Below are positions 1 through 10,937 of a stretch of DNA of 64,000 nt, one piece after another; the first letter of the stretch is position 1; every line of letters begins with the position of its first letter. The notes under the pieces were generated by a model. The model worked only from the letters and a program-made list of their open reading frames with translations, did not search any database and was not told where the DNA came from. The translations under genes were made by a program, and so were the position numbers. The DNA comes from an uncultured delta proteobacterium (GTDB lineage: Bacteria; Desulfobacterota; Desulfobacteria; Desulfobacterales; QNYZ01): positions 416,001 through 480,000 of the forward strand of contig CAWJQU010000008.1 in the NCBI GenBank assembly GCA_963845145.1, given 5' to 3'.

Positions 1-189
1 TGGCCGGTTGGCCGGTGTGCCCGTGGACCTGCAGGCGACTAAATACGGGGCGATCAGGGGAAAATCAAACCTTTGAATATCGAATATCGAACAAGGGATG
101 TTGAATGTAGAAGGATGAACAGAGCTTCGGTTGATCGCGGGCCTTTTTGACGGGTAAACGGGACCACCGACCAACCGGCTAACCGGCCA
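1..189. repeat. Intergenic inverted repeat (1-16 / 174-189) enclosing degenerate 7-mer tandem repeats (74-115)
   Basis: TGGCCGGTTGGCCGGT vs ACCGGCTAACCGGCCA (15/16 complementary); TGAATAT-CGAATAT-CGAACAA-GGGATGT-TGAATGT heptamers. Confidence 0.6.
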
Positions 190-197
190 ATGGCTCA

Positions 198-1448
198 TCA
201 TTTCTCCCTCCGAACATCCGCCCCCAGCCCAGCCAGTTTCTTCTCCAGAGCTTCATAGCCCCGATCCAGGTGGTAGACCCGACTGACCACGGTTTTTCCC
301 CGGGCGACCAGACCGGCCAGAATCAATGAGGCACTGGCTCTCAAATCGGTGGCCATAACCGGTGCGCCGGACAGGGTCGACACGCCCCTGACCATGGCCG
401 TATGACCGGAAATGGTGATGTCGGCACCCATGCGGCGCAGTTCGCTGACGTGGATGAATCGTTTTTCGAAAATCGTCTCGGCAATCAGGCTCGAACCGTC
501 GGCGATGGACATCAACACCATAAATTGGGCCTGCATATCGGTGGGAAAGCCGGGATACGGCATGGTCTGGATATCCACGCTTTGAACCGGTCCATTGCTT
601 TTGACATGAATGTGCTCGCCGTCGATGGCCACCTCCGCTCCGGTCGATTTGAGTTTGGCGATCACGGCGCCAAGATGTTCCGGTTCGCAATGGGTCAGGC
701 GCACATCGCCACCGGTGAGCGCACCGGCCACCATGAGCGTACCGGCTTCAATTCGATCTGGTATGATGGCTGTTTCCACCGGTTTCAGGGAAGAGACGCC
801 CTCAATAGTGACCACCGCTGTCCCCGCACCCAGTATCTTGGCCCCCATACGGTTAAGAGTCTCGGCCAGGGCCACGACCTCCGGCTCCCGCGCAGCATTA
901 CTCAACACCGTCACGCCCTCGGCCAGGGTTGCCGCCATCATCAGGTTTTCCGTACCGGTTACGGTCACCACGTCAAAATTGATTTCGGCCCCACGAAGGC
1001 CGTCGGTTTCCGCTTTAACATCGCCATGTTCAAGATCGATCTTGGCACCAAGCAGCTCCAACCCCTTTAAATGCAGGTTAATCGGACGGGCCCCGATGGC
1101 GCATCCCCCGGGCAGGGAAACGCGGGCCTTTTTCAACCGGGCCAGCATGGGGCCAAGCACGAGTACCGATGCCCGCATCTTTCTTACCAGGTCATAAGGT
1201 GCCACATGATTGTCTGCGCCGGTCGTGTCGATTTGAACCTTGTGGCCGTCGGATTCGACTTTAGCGCCCAAATGGCTCAACAGCGCTTCGATACTGCTGA
1301 TATCCTGCAATCTGGGCACATGGCTGTAAGTGCTGATTCCGCTAGCCATCAGAGATGAGGCCAGAATCGGTAAGGCCGCGTTTTTGGCGCCGCTGATTTC
1401 GACCTCGCCGCTTAGGCGCCGGCCACCTTCGATAATAATTTTATCCAT
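198..1448 (-). CDS. murA: UDP-N-acetylglucosamine 1-carboxyvinyltransferase
   Basis: [19 protein letters not shown] (catalytic Cys loop), [18 protein letters not shown]. Confidence 0.98.
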   Translation of the reverse strand: MDKIIIEGGRRLSGEVEISGAKNAALPILASSLMASGISTYSHVPRLQDISSIEALLSHLGAKVESDGHKVQIDTTGADNHVAPYDLVRKMRASVLVLGPMLARLKKARVSLPGGCAIGARPINLHLKGLELLGAKIDLEHGDVKAETDGLRGAEINFDVVTVTGTENLMMAATLAEGVTVLSNAAREPEVVALAETLNRMGAKILGAGTAVVTIEGVSSLKPVETAIIPDRIEAGTLMVAGALTGGDVRLTHCEPEHLGAVIAKLKSTGAEVAIDGEHIHVKSNGPVQSVDIQTMPYPGFPTDMQAQFMVLMSIADGSSLIAETIFEKRFIHVSELRRMGADITISGHTAMVRGVSTLSGAPVMATDLRASASLILAGLVARGKTVVSRVYHLDRGYEALEKKLAGLGADVRREK

Positions 1449-1465
1449 GATTTTCTAAATCCTTG

Positions 1466-1608
1466 TACAAGGTGTCTCAAAATAAATGTTAGTGTTCCTG
1501 GCAAGGCGCGAAACGGTGAAAAAGCGGAGCATACCCATAGTATGTGAGCATTTTGAACCGTTTTCAACGCCGCCAGGGGCGCTTAGATTTTTTTTGAGAT
1601 ACCTTGTA
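1466..1608. mobile_element. About 143-bp palindromic MITE-like element
   Basis: Terminal inverted repeats TACAAGGTGTCTCAAAATAAAT / ATTTTTTTGAGATACCTTGTA; nested internal palindromes; no ORF. Confidence 0.6.
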
Positions 1609-1612
1609 ATAT

Positions 1613-1654
1613 AAAAAAGCGCCCGTCCAAAATCATTTTGGAGCGAACGCTTTT
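1613..1654 (-). terminator. Probable intrinsic terminator downstream of the qrc operon
   Basis: Hairpin AAAAGCGTTCGCTCCAAAA..TTTTGGACGGGCGC followed by a T-tract on the minus strand. Confidence 0.6.
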
Positions 1655-1867
1655 AATTCGGCAATTTGAAAACGATCAGTGATGCGAATCGTCTCCATCC
1701 GCTTTAGCCGTATCGACAATTGTTTTGATGAGGCAATAGGTCAACCCAATCCCAATCACCGTCAGGGCGTACCACAGCCCCCCGTGGAAGACGATATGCC
1801 CCATGTCCCAAACCCATTCAAATGAAAACGGTAACATCTATCAAACTCCTTTGGCTCTTTGGATCGC

Positions 1868-3202
1868 CTACGCTTGTGCCGGTGCCGGATCTCCCCCGGG
1901 CAACACGGCCGCTTCCTCAGCCACATCATCATCGCCGGTATCAGCAGCAAGTTCTTGTGGTACCGGATCGATGGGGTTAAGCTCGACTTCCTGGGGAAAT
2001 ATCGGCAGGTACCGATACGAAATCAATACCAGAATCACACCGTACGCCACCGGTAGAATCGTGGTGGCCACTTCCTGCCAGCTTGGAAAATAGGGTGCCC
2101 AGGTATCAAACGGCATGACCGGTGTGGCCATTACCTGCAGGACCATCACCCAACGATTCAAACTCACACCGATAACGCCCAAAATAATGGCCGCCAGTCG
2201 CCATTTGGGATTGGCCCTTAATTTGGGTGAGATCAGAATCAGACCCGGTAAAAAACCGCAAAGAACGATCTCGGCAAACAGGATCCAATATCCGTACAAG
2301 GCCATATGGCCATAAAAGTCGCTAAGCGTTTGCCCCTTGGATGGGGCCGTCACGGTGGCCCAATAGATTGTGTCTATGGTTTTAGCGATAATATAAGTAA
2401 AGATCATCCATCCGGAAATCTTAGCCAAAAGTTGTTTGACATTTTCCTTGACCAGTTGCTTACCGGACACTTTTTCCGTGATCCAGGTGATAAACAGGGT
2501 AAAACAGGGCCCATAGGCAGCCGCTGACCAGGTAAACAGGAAAAAGGTATAGGGCCAGATCAGGATATGCTCACGAAAGGCAAATGGCCGTCCAAATAAA
2601 ACCCCGGCGACACCACCCAGCGATCCCTGGTGGAAGAAAGATAAGAAAGCACCAGTGGCCGCAAAAACAGCCATAATGTGGTGCATGTTGTGGGTCAAAT
2701 TGTGGATAAAGGGGACTTTGTCCAATTGACGATTTTCAAGAATCAGGGGGATATACTCGATGGTTAGAACCCCGAGGTAGCAGGTGAAACAAAACGCCAC
2801 TTCGGTCAGCATGGAGTGCACATTGGCATGCCAGAAAATAAACCAGCCGCGTAAAGGGTGCCCCACGTCCATGCCTAAAATCATCAAGGCCGAGGTATAG
2901 CAGATAAACCCGATAAGGACGGCAAAATTGATGATATTTTTCAACTCATCGATTCCGAATATATACTTCAGCAATCCGGTGAAAAACGCGCCCCCGCCCA
3001 AGGCGATGACCGCCAGGTCAGCCCAGATCCAGAGGGCAAACCCGTAATAATCGTTCATATTGGTCTGGTTTAGTCCCTTAATCCAACAAAGGAGCAGACC
3101 GATTACTCCCCACGTTAATACGGCTCCGGCCAGCGCCAGTCCGAGAAAAAACTTGCCCATGGAGCAGCGTGTCACACCCTTGGGAAACAGAGCGGAATCC
3201 AT
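1868..3202 (-). CDS. qrcD: Menaquinone reductase complex integral membrane subunit (NrfD/PsrC family)
   Basis: Polytopic NrfD-like protein (WIWADLAVIALGGGAFF, SFFHQGSLGG); last gene of a cytochrome c-molybdopterin-FeS-NrfD operon. Confidence 0.9.
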   Translation of the reverse strand: MDSALFPKGVTRCSMGKFFLGLALAGAVLTWGVIGLLLCWIKGLNQTNMNDYYGFALWIWADLAVIALGGGAFFTGLLKYIFGIDELKNIINFAVLIGFICYTSALMILGMDVGHPLRGWFIFWHANVHSMLTEVAFCFTCYLGVLTIEYIPLILENRQLDKVPFIHNLTHNMHHIMAVFAATGAFLSFFHQGSLGGVAGVLFGRPFAFREHILIWPYTFFLFTWSAAAYGPCFTLFITWITEKVSGKQLVKENVKQLLAKISGWMIFTYIIAKTIDTIYWATVTAPSKGQTLSDFYGHMALYGYWILFAEIVLCGFLPGLILISPKLRANPKWRLAAIILGVIGVSLNRWVMVLQVMATPVMPFDTWAPYFPSWQEVATTILPVAYGVILVLISYRYLPIFPQEVELNPIDPVPQELAADTGDDDVAEEAAVLPGGDPAPAQA

Positions 3203-3246
3203 CAATTACCCCTTATTCAACTGATTCAACGATTTGATTGTTTGGT

Positions 3247-4068
3247 TCATCCGTGATTGTCTTGAGCGCCTTTTTGTTCATCGTCCTTGTAATTGTCACC
3301 GGATCGGCGGACCCACTCCTTACTGGAAAGGTAGTATATTTTCGGATTGGTATGGAGCCTCTCCAGTAGTCTGAACGCCATAGGGTTCTTGGGGCGTCCA
3401 TGATGATGCGGATCCGGCTGGGCAAGCTGGTGGACCTTATGATGGGGATTGTTCAAATCCCCGAAAGTGATGGCCCCCGCCGGGCATGCCTGGGTACAAG
3501 ATGTCTGATACTCGTCTTCTTCGAGCTCATGCCGTCCCTCGACAATCGCTTTTTCCATAGCCAGCTGGTAACGATGGAAACAAAAGCTGCACTTTTCCAC
3601 GATACCGCGCATACGGGGTGAAACGTTGGGGCTTAAGTATTTTTCCATATCGCCCGGCCAGACCGGATCCCACCAGTTGAAATAGCGGGCATGATACGGG
3701 CAGGCCCCCATGCAGTAACGGCATCCGAAGCAGCGCGTATAGATTTGGCTGACAATTCCTGTACCGCTATCGTAATCGGTGGCCGTTGCCGGGCAAACCG
3801 ACACACACGGCGAATGCCCGGTGTGATGCCCCTCGCAATGCTGGCAGGGACGGGGCAAATAACAAATTTCGTTATCGGGATACGGTTTGCGATTTGTCAG
3901 CTTATAGACCTTCATCCAGGTAATACTTAACCGCTTTTCGGTTTCATCGGTTTTAAAGGGCACATTATTTTCGGCCATGCAGGCCACCATGCAGGTACCG
4001 CAGCCGGTGCACTTGTCCAGATCGATGACCATGCCGAATTTCTTCGTCTTTCCGTGCGCTTGCTTCAT
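3247..4068 (-). CDS. qrcC: Menaquinone reductase iron-sulfur subunit
   Basis: GMVIDLDKCTGCGTCMVAC, CQHC..CVSVCP, CFGCRYCMGACPY, EKCSFC. Confidence 0.92.
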   Translation of the reverse strand: MKQAHGKTKKFGMVIDLDKCTGCGTCMVACMAENNVPFKTDETEKRLSITWMKVYKLTNRKPYPDNEICYLPRPCQHCEGHHTGHSPCVSVCPATATDYDSGTGIVSQIYTRCFGCRYCMGACPYHARYFNWWDPVWPGDMEKYLSPNVSPRMRGIVEKCSFCFHRYQLAMEKAIVEGRHELEEDEYQTSCTQACPAGAITFGDLNNPHHKVHQLAQPDPHHHGRPKNPMAFRLLERLHTNPKIYYLSSKEWVRRSGDNYKDDEQKGAQDNHG

Positions 4069-4086
4069 GAAATCCTCGTTTGGAAC

Positions 4087-6303
4087 TTAAACTTTCGCCA
4101 GTTTGGCCCGAATTCCCCAGGCGGCATCAAAGCCGGAGGCAGCGTCTTCCACCGGCCCCATCAAGGCATTGATGTTGACGCCTTTACCCGCTATAAATTT
4201 ATCGAAGGCCGTATGGCCCAATCCCGTAGGCATAGCCACAATTCCGGGCTTGATGCCGTCGAACAAGTGTGTCCGCACCTTGGCCTCGCCCCTGGGTGTG
4301 GTCAACATCACTTTGGATCCCTCTTTTAATCCATATTCATGGGCCGTGGCAGGGTTGATCTCAACGAACACGTCGTCTTTTTTCAGCACGGTATCCGCCA
4401 CGGTTTTTGTAGCAAAAGGCGGGTTCCCCACAGAACCGCTGGCCAGTCGAATGGAATCGTAGGGTAACAGCAGCAAAGGAAAACTTCCGCTGTCGCCTTC
4501 GGGCGCCGTCTCTTTCCAGGAGGTGTCTATCTCGTTAGAACTCAACTCGAACCGGCCGGAAGCGGTTTGAAACATCGCATCCCATGCGGGCGGCGAATAA
4601 TGGTCATCCGACCAGAAACCCTTTTGATTCATCCCCGCCCATTTCCAACCCAAGGTCTCCTTTAGGCAGGCCTCGTAGTTTTCCCACTCAAAAGCACTGG
4701 CGACGGTACCATTTAACCGACCGGCCAGGTCGATAATCACATCGCCCAGGTGCTGCGTATTGTATTGGGGTGCAACCACCGGCTGCGCCAGGCCAATATA
4801 CGGTCGGGTGGCTCCCCCCGGCGCAGGGACATCCTCGTAACGCTCCAGAAAGATATGGTTCGGTAAAATCAAATCCGCCTGTTGGGCGGTTTCGTCCATA
4901 AAGGATGAAAAACTGGCGATATATGGAATTTGTTCTATAGCGGCCTTCACCGCCTTCGTGTCCCGATAGGTATACAGCGGGTTGGCATCCGCCACCAAAA
5001 GGAGTTCAACCGGTTTGGTTTGATCGGATTTCTCAGCCTTAAACAGACGATGGGGCATTGATCGCGAGAAAAAATCGCCTGTCTCGGCACCATCCACACG
5101 TTGTTGGACCATTCCCTTGGATGCGATATCATCCATTTCAGGATCCGGCCATGTGATATACCCTTCAGATGGCAATAGATGAACACCGCCCTCGGCGTTT
5201 AAATTTCCCACCAGGGCATTTAGCGCCATGACCGCCATGGTATCGCTCAACGCACCCGGTCTGCTCCCCCGGCCACGACCACAAAGGGCCAGGGGCCGAC
5301 GCGCGGCCGTAAACTTCTTTGAGATCTCGCCGATGACATCGGCTGCGACACCGGTTAGGTTGGCAACCTTCTCCGGCGTATAATCGACCATCACTTTCTG
5401 TTTGAAAGGCTCGAAGCCGGTTGCGAATTGATCGACAAATGCTGGATTGTAAGTGGCATTGGATAAGATATGATGAATCACACCCAAAGCCAAAGCGCCT
5501 TCCGTTCCTGGATTAACGGGGATAAAAAGGTCGGCTTTGGCCGCCGTATTGGAAAGGCGATAGTCGATCTGGACGACTTCGGCCTGTCGCTCTTTGCGGT
5601 TGCCGTAAGTGCGAAACATCTGGGCCGGCGAACCCCAGCCATCGAGCAGGTCACTACCAAAGCTTATAATGAAATCAGCGTTGTCGACATCAAACGCCAC
5701 CCTGCTGGCGCCACCGGCCATCACGGCCATGGCCGCATTGTGAGCGGTTCGGGCTGACGCCGGACCGATAAAATTGGGTGAACCGTAGGTGGTTAAAAAC
5801 CGTTTTATCAGCGCCGGTATCGTGCCTCTGTCGCTACCGGAAATGCATGCGAGTCCCTCGGGACGTCCTTCGGCCCGCAATACTCCCAGTTTTTCAGCCA
5901 ATTCCGTCAATGCCGCTTCCCAGCTGATGGGGGTAAAATGGCCTTCGCCCCGCGATCCCACACGTTTGAGGGGCGTTTTTACACGAGAGGGACCATATAG
6001 ATACTGAAGACCGGCAGCACCCAGCATACAGATGCCACCTTGATTGACCGGATGCCCTTCGCGACCTTCGATTTTTACTGCACGATTATCGATCTTGCGC
6101 ACCGTAATCCCACAACCTCCCGGGCAGAGCAGGCAGGTTGAATGGGCATATTCAGCTTTCCCATCCGGCGGAACCGGAACCCACGGCCATACCTGGCTCC
6201 AGATAGAAGAATCGTCGGTCAGTTTCCATGGTAGTGGGGACAAGGCCGTACCCGCAGCCCCGCCAATGCTGAACGCCAGGAAACTCCTTCGGTCGATTTT
6301 CAT
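4087..6303 (-). CDS. qrcB: Menaquinone reductase molybdopterin-oxidoreductase-like subunit (Tat exported)
   Basis: DRRSFL Tat motif, CLLCPGGC, molybdopterin-oxidoreductase fold signatures; operon position. Confidence 0.9.
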   Translation of the reverse strand: MKIDRRSFLAFSIGGAAGTALSPLPWKLTDDSSIWSQVWPWVPVPPDGKAEYAHSTCLLCPGGCGITVRKIDNRAVKIEGREGHPVNQGGICMLGAAGLQYLYGPSRVKTPLKRVGSRGEGHFTPISWEAALTELAEKLGVLRAEGRPEGLACISGSDRGTIPALIKRFLTTYGSPNFIGPASARTAHNAAMAVMAGGASRVAFDVDNADFIISFGSDLLDGWGSPAQMFRTYGNRKERQAEVVQIDYRLSNTAAKADLFIPVNPGTEGALALGVIHHILSNATYNPAFVDQFATGFEPFKQKVMVDYTPEKVANLTGVAADVIGEISKKFTAARRPLALCGRGRGSRPGALSDTMAVMALNALVGNLNAEGGVHLLPSEGYITWPDPEMDDIASKGMVQQRVDGAETGDFFSRSMPHRLFKAEKSDQTKPVELLLVADANPLYTYRDTKAVKAAIEQIPYIASFSSFMDETAQQADLILPNHIFLERYEDVPAPGGATRPYIGLAQPVVAPQYNTQHLGDVIIDLAGRLNGTVASAFEWENYEACLKETLGWKWAGMNQKGFWSDDHYSPPAWDAMFQTASGRFELSSNEIDTSWKETAPEGDSGSFPLLLLPYDSIRLASGSVGNPPFATKTVADTVLKKDDVFVEINPATAHEYGLKEGSKVMLTTPRGEAKVRTHLFDGIKPGIVAMPTGLGHTAFDKFIAGKGVNINALMGPVEDAASGFDAAWGIRAKLAKV

Positions 6304-6363
6304 ATAATTCTCATCCCTTTTTATTGCCCTCGACCAGATAACCCTGATCAGATGACCCTGTCG

Positions 6364-7044
6364 CTATTTGTGGCAGACAAAACAGCCGCCTTTTTGAGTC
6401 TGCACACTCTCCTGGCGGACATTTTCACGCACATGACATTCCGAGCAATCGTCCATCTTCATACGATCCCAGGTATTGTGTTTGATTCCGGCGATATTTT
6501 TCCCCCAGATATTGCGGCTGTAGCCGGTGATTCGATTGGCTTCATATACGGCAGAATGTGTCGATTCACCGATGTTGCCATGGCAGGTGGCGCAATCCAT
6601 TTTCCCTGAAATGGTATGCGCGGCGTGAGAGAAGAACACGCAATCCGGCTGACGCGAATAGACCAGCCAGGGAACTTCCCGATTTTTTTCAATGTAATCG
6701 GATACGAATCGCGTTTCCTCTTCCGAGATGCCCACAACGCTTTCATGGCAAGTCCGGCAGTTGTCAATCTTGGGAATACCCGAAAAGGTGCCGTCTTCCC
6801 GATAAAAATGGCAGCTTTGGCAGCTGTTTTCCACCTCGTCGACATGCAACTTATGGTTAAAGTCAACCGGCTGGCTTTTCTTGGAGTACAACAGGGTTGG
6901 AAATACGACCCAGCCCAGTACCATACTGGCCGCCAGGCCGATAATAAAAAAGAGGATGACAACGCCGCCGCTCGACTCCGTATCGGGAATTGCTGCCGGA
7001 GATTCGTTGTTTTCCGGCCCAGTGGTATCGCTGGGATGACTCAT
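6364..7044 (-). CDS. qrcA: Menaquinone reductase multiheme cytochrome c subunit (5 CxxCH)
   Basis: N-terminal TM helix; CQSCH, CRTCH, CATCH, CSECH, CFVCH. Confidence 0.9.
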   Translation of the reverse strand: MSHPSDTTGPENNESPAAIPDTESSGGVVILFFIIGLAASMVLGWVVFPTLLYSKKSQPVDFNHKLHVDEVENSCQSCHFYREDGTFSGIPKIDNCRTCHESVVGISEEETRFVSDYIEKNREVPWLVYSRQPDCVFFSHAAHTISGKMDCATCHGNIGESTHSAVYEANRITGYSRNIWGKNIAGIKHNTWDRMKMDDCSECHVRENVRQESVQTQKGGCFVCHK

Positions 7045-7157
7045 GCAAACTCCGTCGTCTGTAAAGAAAAAAGGTTATTGAAAAGAAGTAAAACACCCCT
7101 AATAATAAGTTGTGTCTGTGTAACCGCCGCTCCCGTTTTTGTCAAGGGAAAACGCCA

Positions 7158-8012
7158 CTAAACTCGGCCATAACTATGCAGGCCGGGCAGGTAGTTGACG
7201 CCGAAATATGTAACCAATACCGCACAAAATCCAATCAGGGAAAGATAGGCAATCCGCTTACCGTGCCAGCCCCTCATCGTGCGGGCATGAAGCAAGGCGG
7301 CATAGACAAACCAGGTGATCAAAGACCAGGTCTCTTTGGGGTCCCAACCCCAATAGCGCCCCCAGGCCGAGTTGGCCCACACTGCCCCGGTAATGATTCC
7401 GGCCGTGAGGAAAATAAAACCGAACATGATCATCTGGTAGGTCAGCTCATCCAGCGACTGTTTACTGGGAAAAAAATCGAGCCAGCCCTCGCCATCTCCA
7501 CCTCCGGCAGTCACTGTTTCGCGCTGCTTCACCAGATACATAATGCTTAAGCCAAAGGCCACGGCAAAAGCGGAATACCCGATAAAACAGGCGATCACAT
7601 GGGCGATCAACCAGTTGCTTTTCAAGGCGGGCATCAATGGCTGAATATGGACGTTGACGTTGGGCGAAAGGGATGCATAAGCCAGCGCCAGAAACGCGAG
7701 GGGCATGACAAATGCACCGATGACTTTATTTTTGTATTTGAATTCGACGGTCAGGTAAATCAAGGACAAGGTGAACGCAAAAAATACCAGCGACTCATAT
7801 AGATTAGAAAGGGGTGCGTGGCCAATCCCCAGCTGGTAGGATTCCACCCAGCGCAGAATAAGTCCCGCCGTATTGATTATCAAGCCGACGATGACTGCCC
7901 AGGTGCCGAAACGCGCTGTTTCGGGTTTTTTAAATACCCACGCGAACAGATACGCAAAGGCGGCGAAGCCGTATACGAATGTTGTTATGGAAAGCAGATG
8001 TGAGCTACTCAT
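7158..8012 (-). CDS. ccsA: Cytochrome c biogenesis system II heme-handling protein (CcsA/ResC family)
   Basis: WWD motif WANSAWGRYWGWDPKETW; C-terminal GLHSY. Confidence 0.95.
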   Translation of the reverse strand: MSSSHLLSITTFVYGFAAFAYLFAWVFKKPETARFGTWAVIVGLIINTAGLILRWVESYQLGIGHAPLSNLYESLVFFAFTLSLIYLTVEFKYKNKVIGAFVMPLAFLALAYASLSPNVNVHIQPLMPALKSNWLIAHVIACFIGYSAFAVAFGLSIMYLVKQRETVTAGGGDGEGWLDFFPSKQSLDELTYQMIMFGFIFLTAGIITGAVWANSAWGRYWGWDPKETWSLITWFVYAALLHARTMRGWHGKRIAYLSLIGFCAVLVTYFGVNYLPGLHSYGRV

Positions 8013-8029
8013 AGATTATTCCTCTTCGT

Positions 8030-9478
8030 TTAGCGCTCCGTGTCGGATGGTGCGCCAAGTTTTTCCGACAGAAGGCGGGTTTTACGCTGCATGGCCATCT
8101 TGTTTCGATAAGCGGTACCTGCGACAACGATACGGTTTTTCTTTCCCTTGGTGGTAATTTCCACAAAGGCCTGCTGGTGTGACATGAAAAAGGTCACCAC
8201 ACAACCGGTGAGCATAAGAATAAAGCCGGCATACACGATCCAGACCCCGGGGTCTTTGGTCACTTCCAAGACCATGAAATATTTTTTTTCAGCTTGTGGC
8301 ACAGGCATTTTTTCTTCGGCTTTCGGTTCCAAAACGGTAAACAACAGTTTGCCACGACGCATTTTATCAAAATTGGCAAACCGGATGGGGAGGGTTATCT
8401 CCACCGGCTGGCCACCCTCCAGGGTTAAAATGCCGGTCAACGCCTCACCGATAGCCTGCCCCATGAAGGATGCCTTTGCATTAAATTCGGTTAAGACAAA
8501 CTTACCCAATCCTTCAGGTAGATCAAACGGCTTGCCGATAAAGGCCTTTTGCTGGTAGTCCATACCCGTTTCCAGAACCGTCATGTTTAAAAGCACTTCT
8601 TCCGGCTCCGCGATAACCGCCTGGGATACCGGTTCATCCTCAATTTCGCCCCAATTGGAAAGAAAAAAGTTGAAACCGCCATATCGTAAGGGATCATTGA
8701 CGATAATGGATTTTTGTAAGACCTCCCGATCATTCTCGATCGCCACCAGATTCGACCGAAACTCTTCGGGAGCGCCATTTCGATAAAACTTGACACTGTT
8801 AGCGTCGCAGCGGAGTTTAAACGGTAACGGGACGATCTCGCCCGTACTGCGCAACCGAATCGAATCTATGGTCTGCCCACCGGCAATTTGCGCAAATCCG
8901 TCAAACCCGAATAAAGAGCCCACCACGCCGCCGATCAGCAACAGGACGACGCTCAAATGAACAATATATACACCCAGCCGGGACCAGCGCCATTTTTCTC
9001 CGAAAATCATCACACCTTTGTTCGTCGGGGTGACCTGGGTACGGCCATAGGATCTTGAAACCAGCGCTTCGGCGGATTTCTGTATCTCCGGGAGGGGTTT
9101 GTCGGTCCAGAACTCGATATTTCCAGGTTTATTTTGAAATCGGGCCGCTCTGAATCGAGAACGAACGCCGAAAACGATTTTCCATACACCCGGCAACCGC
9201 TCAATAGAACAGATAACAATATTTAAGGTCAGAAGAATCAGCAACGTCTGAAACCACCAGGAATGGTACATATCGAAAATTTTCAGCGCCGAAAAAACCT
9301 TGAAAAAAAACTCGCCGTAAGCGCGGAAATAGACCTCGGCATTTTGGTTCTGGGGAACCAGTGTGCCGATGATTGACGAAGCCGCCAGAACGGAAAGCAG
9401 CGTTATCGTCAGGGTGACCGATGCAAACAGATTATATAACCCGCTCAATGGGCCGGCGGGGGATGATTCTTTGGCCAT
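8030..9478 (-). CDS. resB: Cytochrome c biogenesis protein ResB/CcsB
   Basis: IGTLVPQ, DMYHSWWF, VHLSVVLLLIGG, VNDPL, KDPGVWIVYAG; adjacent to ccsA. Confidence 0.92.
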   Translation of the reverse strand: MAKESSPAGPLSGLYNLFASVTLTITLLSVLAASSIIGTLVPQNQNAEVYFRAYGEFFFKVFSALKIFDMYHSWWFQTLLILLTLNIVICSIERLPGVWKIVFGVRSRFRAARFQNKPGNIEFWTDKPLPEIQKSAEALVSRSYGRTQVTPTNKGVMIFGEKWRWSRLGVYIVHLSVVLLLIGGVVGSLFGFDGFAQIAGGQTIDSIRLRSTGEIVPLPFKLRCDANSVKFYRNGAPEEFRSNLVAIENDREVLQKSIIVNDPLRYGGFNFFLSNWGEIEDEPVSQAVIAEPEEVLLNMTVLETGMDYQQKAFIGKPFDLPEGLGKFVLTEFNAKASFMGQAIGEALTGILTLEGGQPVEITLPIRFANFDKMRRGKLLFTVLEPKAEEKMPVPQAEKKYFMVLEVTKDPGVWIVYAGFILMLTGCVVTFFMSHQQAFVEITTKGKKNRIVVAGTAYRNKMAMQRKTRLLSEKLGAPSDTER

Positions 9479-9703
9479 TCAGTTTCCTTTCGGGGATTAA
9501 AAAAAAGAATGGTGAACATATCAAATCCCCGGCCGCTTGGCAATCGTCATCAAATGTCGAAACCAACGTAAATCTCGGAGACCAAAACCGGCGGTTGAAC
9601 CATCGATAGGATTGTGTTAATCCTCTTCCAGCCTTGTAAGATGGGCTCGGTCATTCACCTGCAACGGATTACGAAAAAGAAAAAACTGAGCTAACTTATT
9701 CAT

Positions 9704-10927
9704 ATGTTAAGTGATTTCGGAATTCTTATTGTCGGCTACGTGTTCGGGTTTTACATGGCCTGGAACATTGGCGCCAATGATGTGGCCAACTCCATGGCGT
9801 CGGCCGTGGGGGCCAAGGCGATTACCATTCGCCAGGCGGTTTTTATCGCCGGGATACTCAATATCGTCGGTGCCACGTTTATCGGGTCCCATGTGACCAA
9901 TACCATTCGCAAAGGGATTGTTTCCACAGATGTCCTTTCCGACCCCCATGCCGCCCTGATTGGTGCCTTGTCTGCATTGCTTGCCTCGGCGCTATGGGTT
10001 AGCTTTGCGACATTAAAATCGTTACCGGTTTCGACAACCCACTCCATTGTCGGCGCGATGATTGGCTTCGGTATTATGACGGGTGGTTTTTCCGTCATTA
10101 ATTGGGGCAAGTTGGGGGCCGTTGTGGCCAGCTGGGTGATTTCCCCTGTTTTCAGCTTGATCATCGCCTTTTTATTATTCAAGTTTATTGTCAAGGCCGT
10201 GCTTTCCAAAAAGGATCCATTTGAATGGGGCCTGGCCTTCTCGCCATTATTTATTGGTGCGGCCAGCTTTGTGGTGGTGCTTTCCTTTTTATTTAAGACG
10301 CCTCTGGGCAAGACGCTTGCCTTGGGGAGCATGGCGGCGTTGATGGTCGCCTTTATTGCGGCCGTCTGTTTGGGCTTTTTGGGAAAATGGTTGCTTAAGC
10401 GATTTTTATCCCATCATCGACCCGAAGTTGAGGAGATGTTCCGGCGCATCCAAATCGGCACCTCGTGTTACGTCGCCCTGGCCCAAGGGGCCAACGATGT
10501 CGCCAATGCCATCGGTCCGCTGGCCGTTATTTATTTTTTGGTCAAATCGGGTGAAGTGGGCGCCCAGGTGCCGGTGCCTATCTTTTTATTGCTCTTCGGC
10601 GGCGTCGGGATTGCCTGTGGCATCGCCATGGCCGGCCATCGGGTTATGAAAACCATCGGCACCAAAATAACGACCTTAAATAATTCGCGCGGTTTTGCCG
10701 TTGATTTCTCCGCCGCCACCACCGTATTGATCGCATCCAAGATGGGCCTGCCCGTCTCGACCACCCATGCCACGGTGGGTGGTGTGCTGGGCGTGGGTAT
10801 GGCCCGGGGGCTCGAAGCGGTCAACTTTCGCATTGTGTTTCAAATTATGATATACTGGATTCTTACCGTACCGGCGGCGGCATTGACCTGTATGGCGATC
10901 TATTCAATCTTACAATATATACTATAG
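9704..10927 (+). CDS. pit: Inorganic phosphate transporter, PiT family
   Basis: Two GANDVAN and two PVSTTH motifs. Confidence 0.95.
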   Translation: MLSDFGILIVGYVFGFYMAWNIGANDVANSMASAVGAKAITIRQAVFIAGILNIVGATFIGSHVTNTIRKGIVSTDVLSDPHAALIGALSALLASALWVSFATLKSLPVSTTHSIVGAMIGFGIMTGGFSVINWGKLGAVVASWVISPVFSLIIAFLLFKFIVKAVLSKKDPFEWGLAFSPLFIGAASFVVVLSFLFKTPLGKTLALGSMAALMVAFIAAVCLGFLGKWLLKRFLSHHRPEVEEMFRRIQIGTSCYVALAQGANDVANAIGPLAVIYFLVKSGEVGAQVPVPIFLLLFGGVGIACGIAMAGHRVMKTIGTKITTLNNSRGFAVDFSAATTVLIASKMGLPVSTTHATVGGVLGVGMARGLEAVNFRIVFQIMIYWILTVPAAALTCMAIYSILQYIL

Positions 10928-10937
10928 GGAGATAAAA

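Noticed and set aside
1868..9478. qrcABCD with ccsA/resB as a novel system
   Set aside because: It matches the established Qrc complex and system II maturation genes of sulfate reducers.
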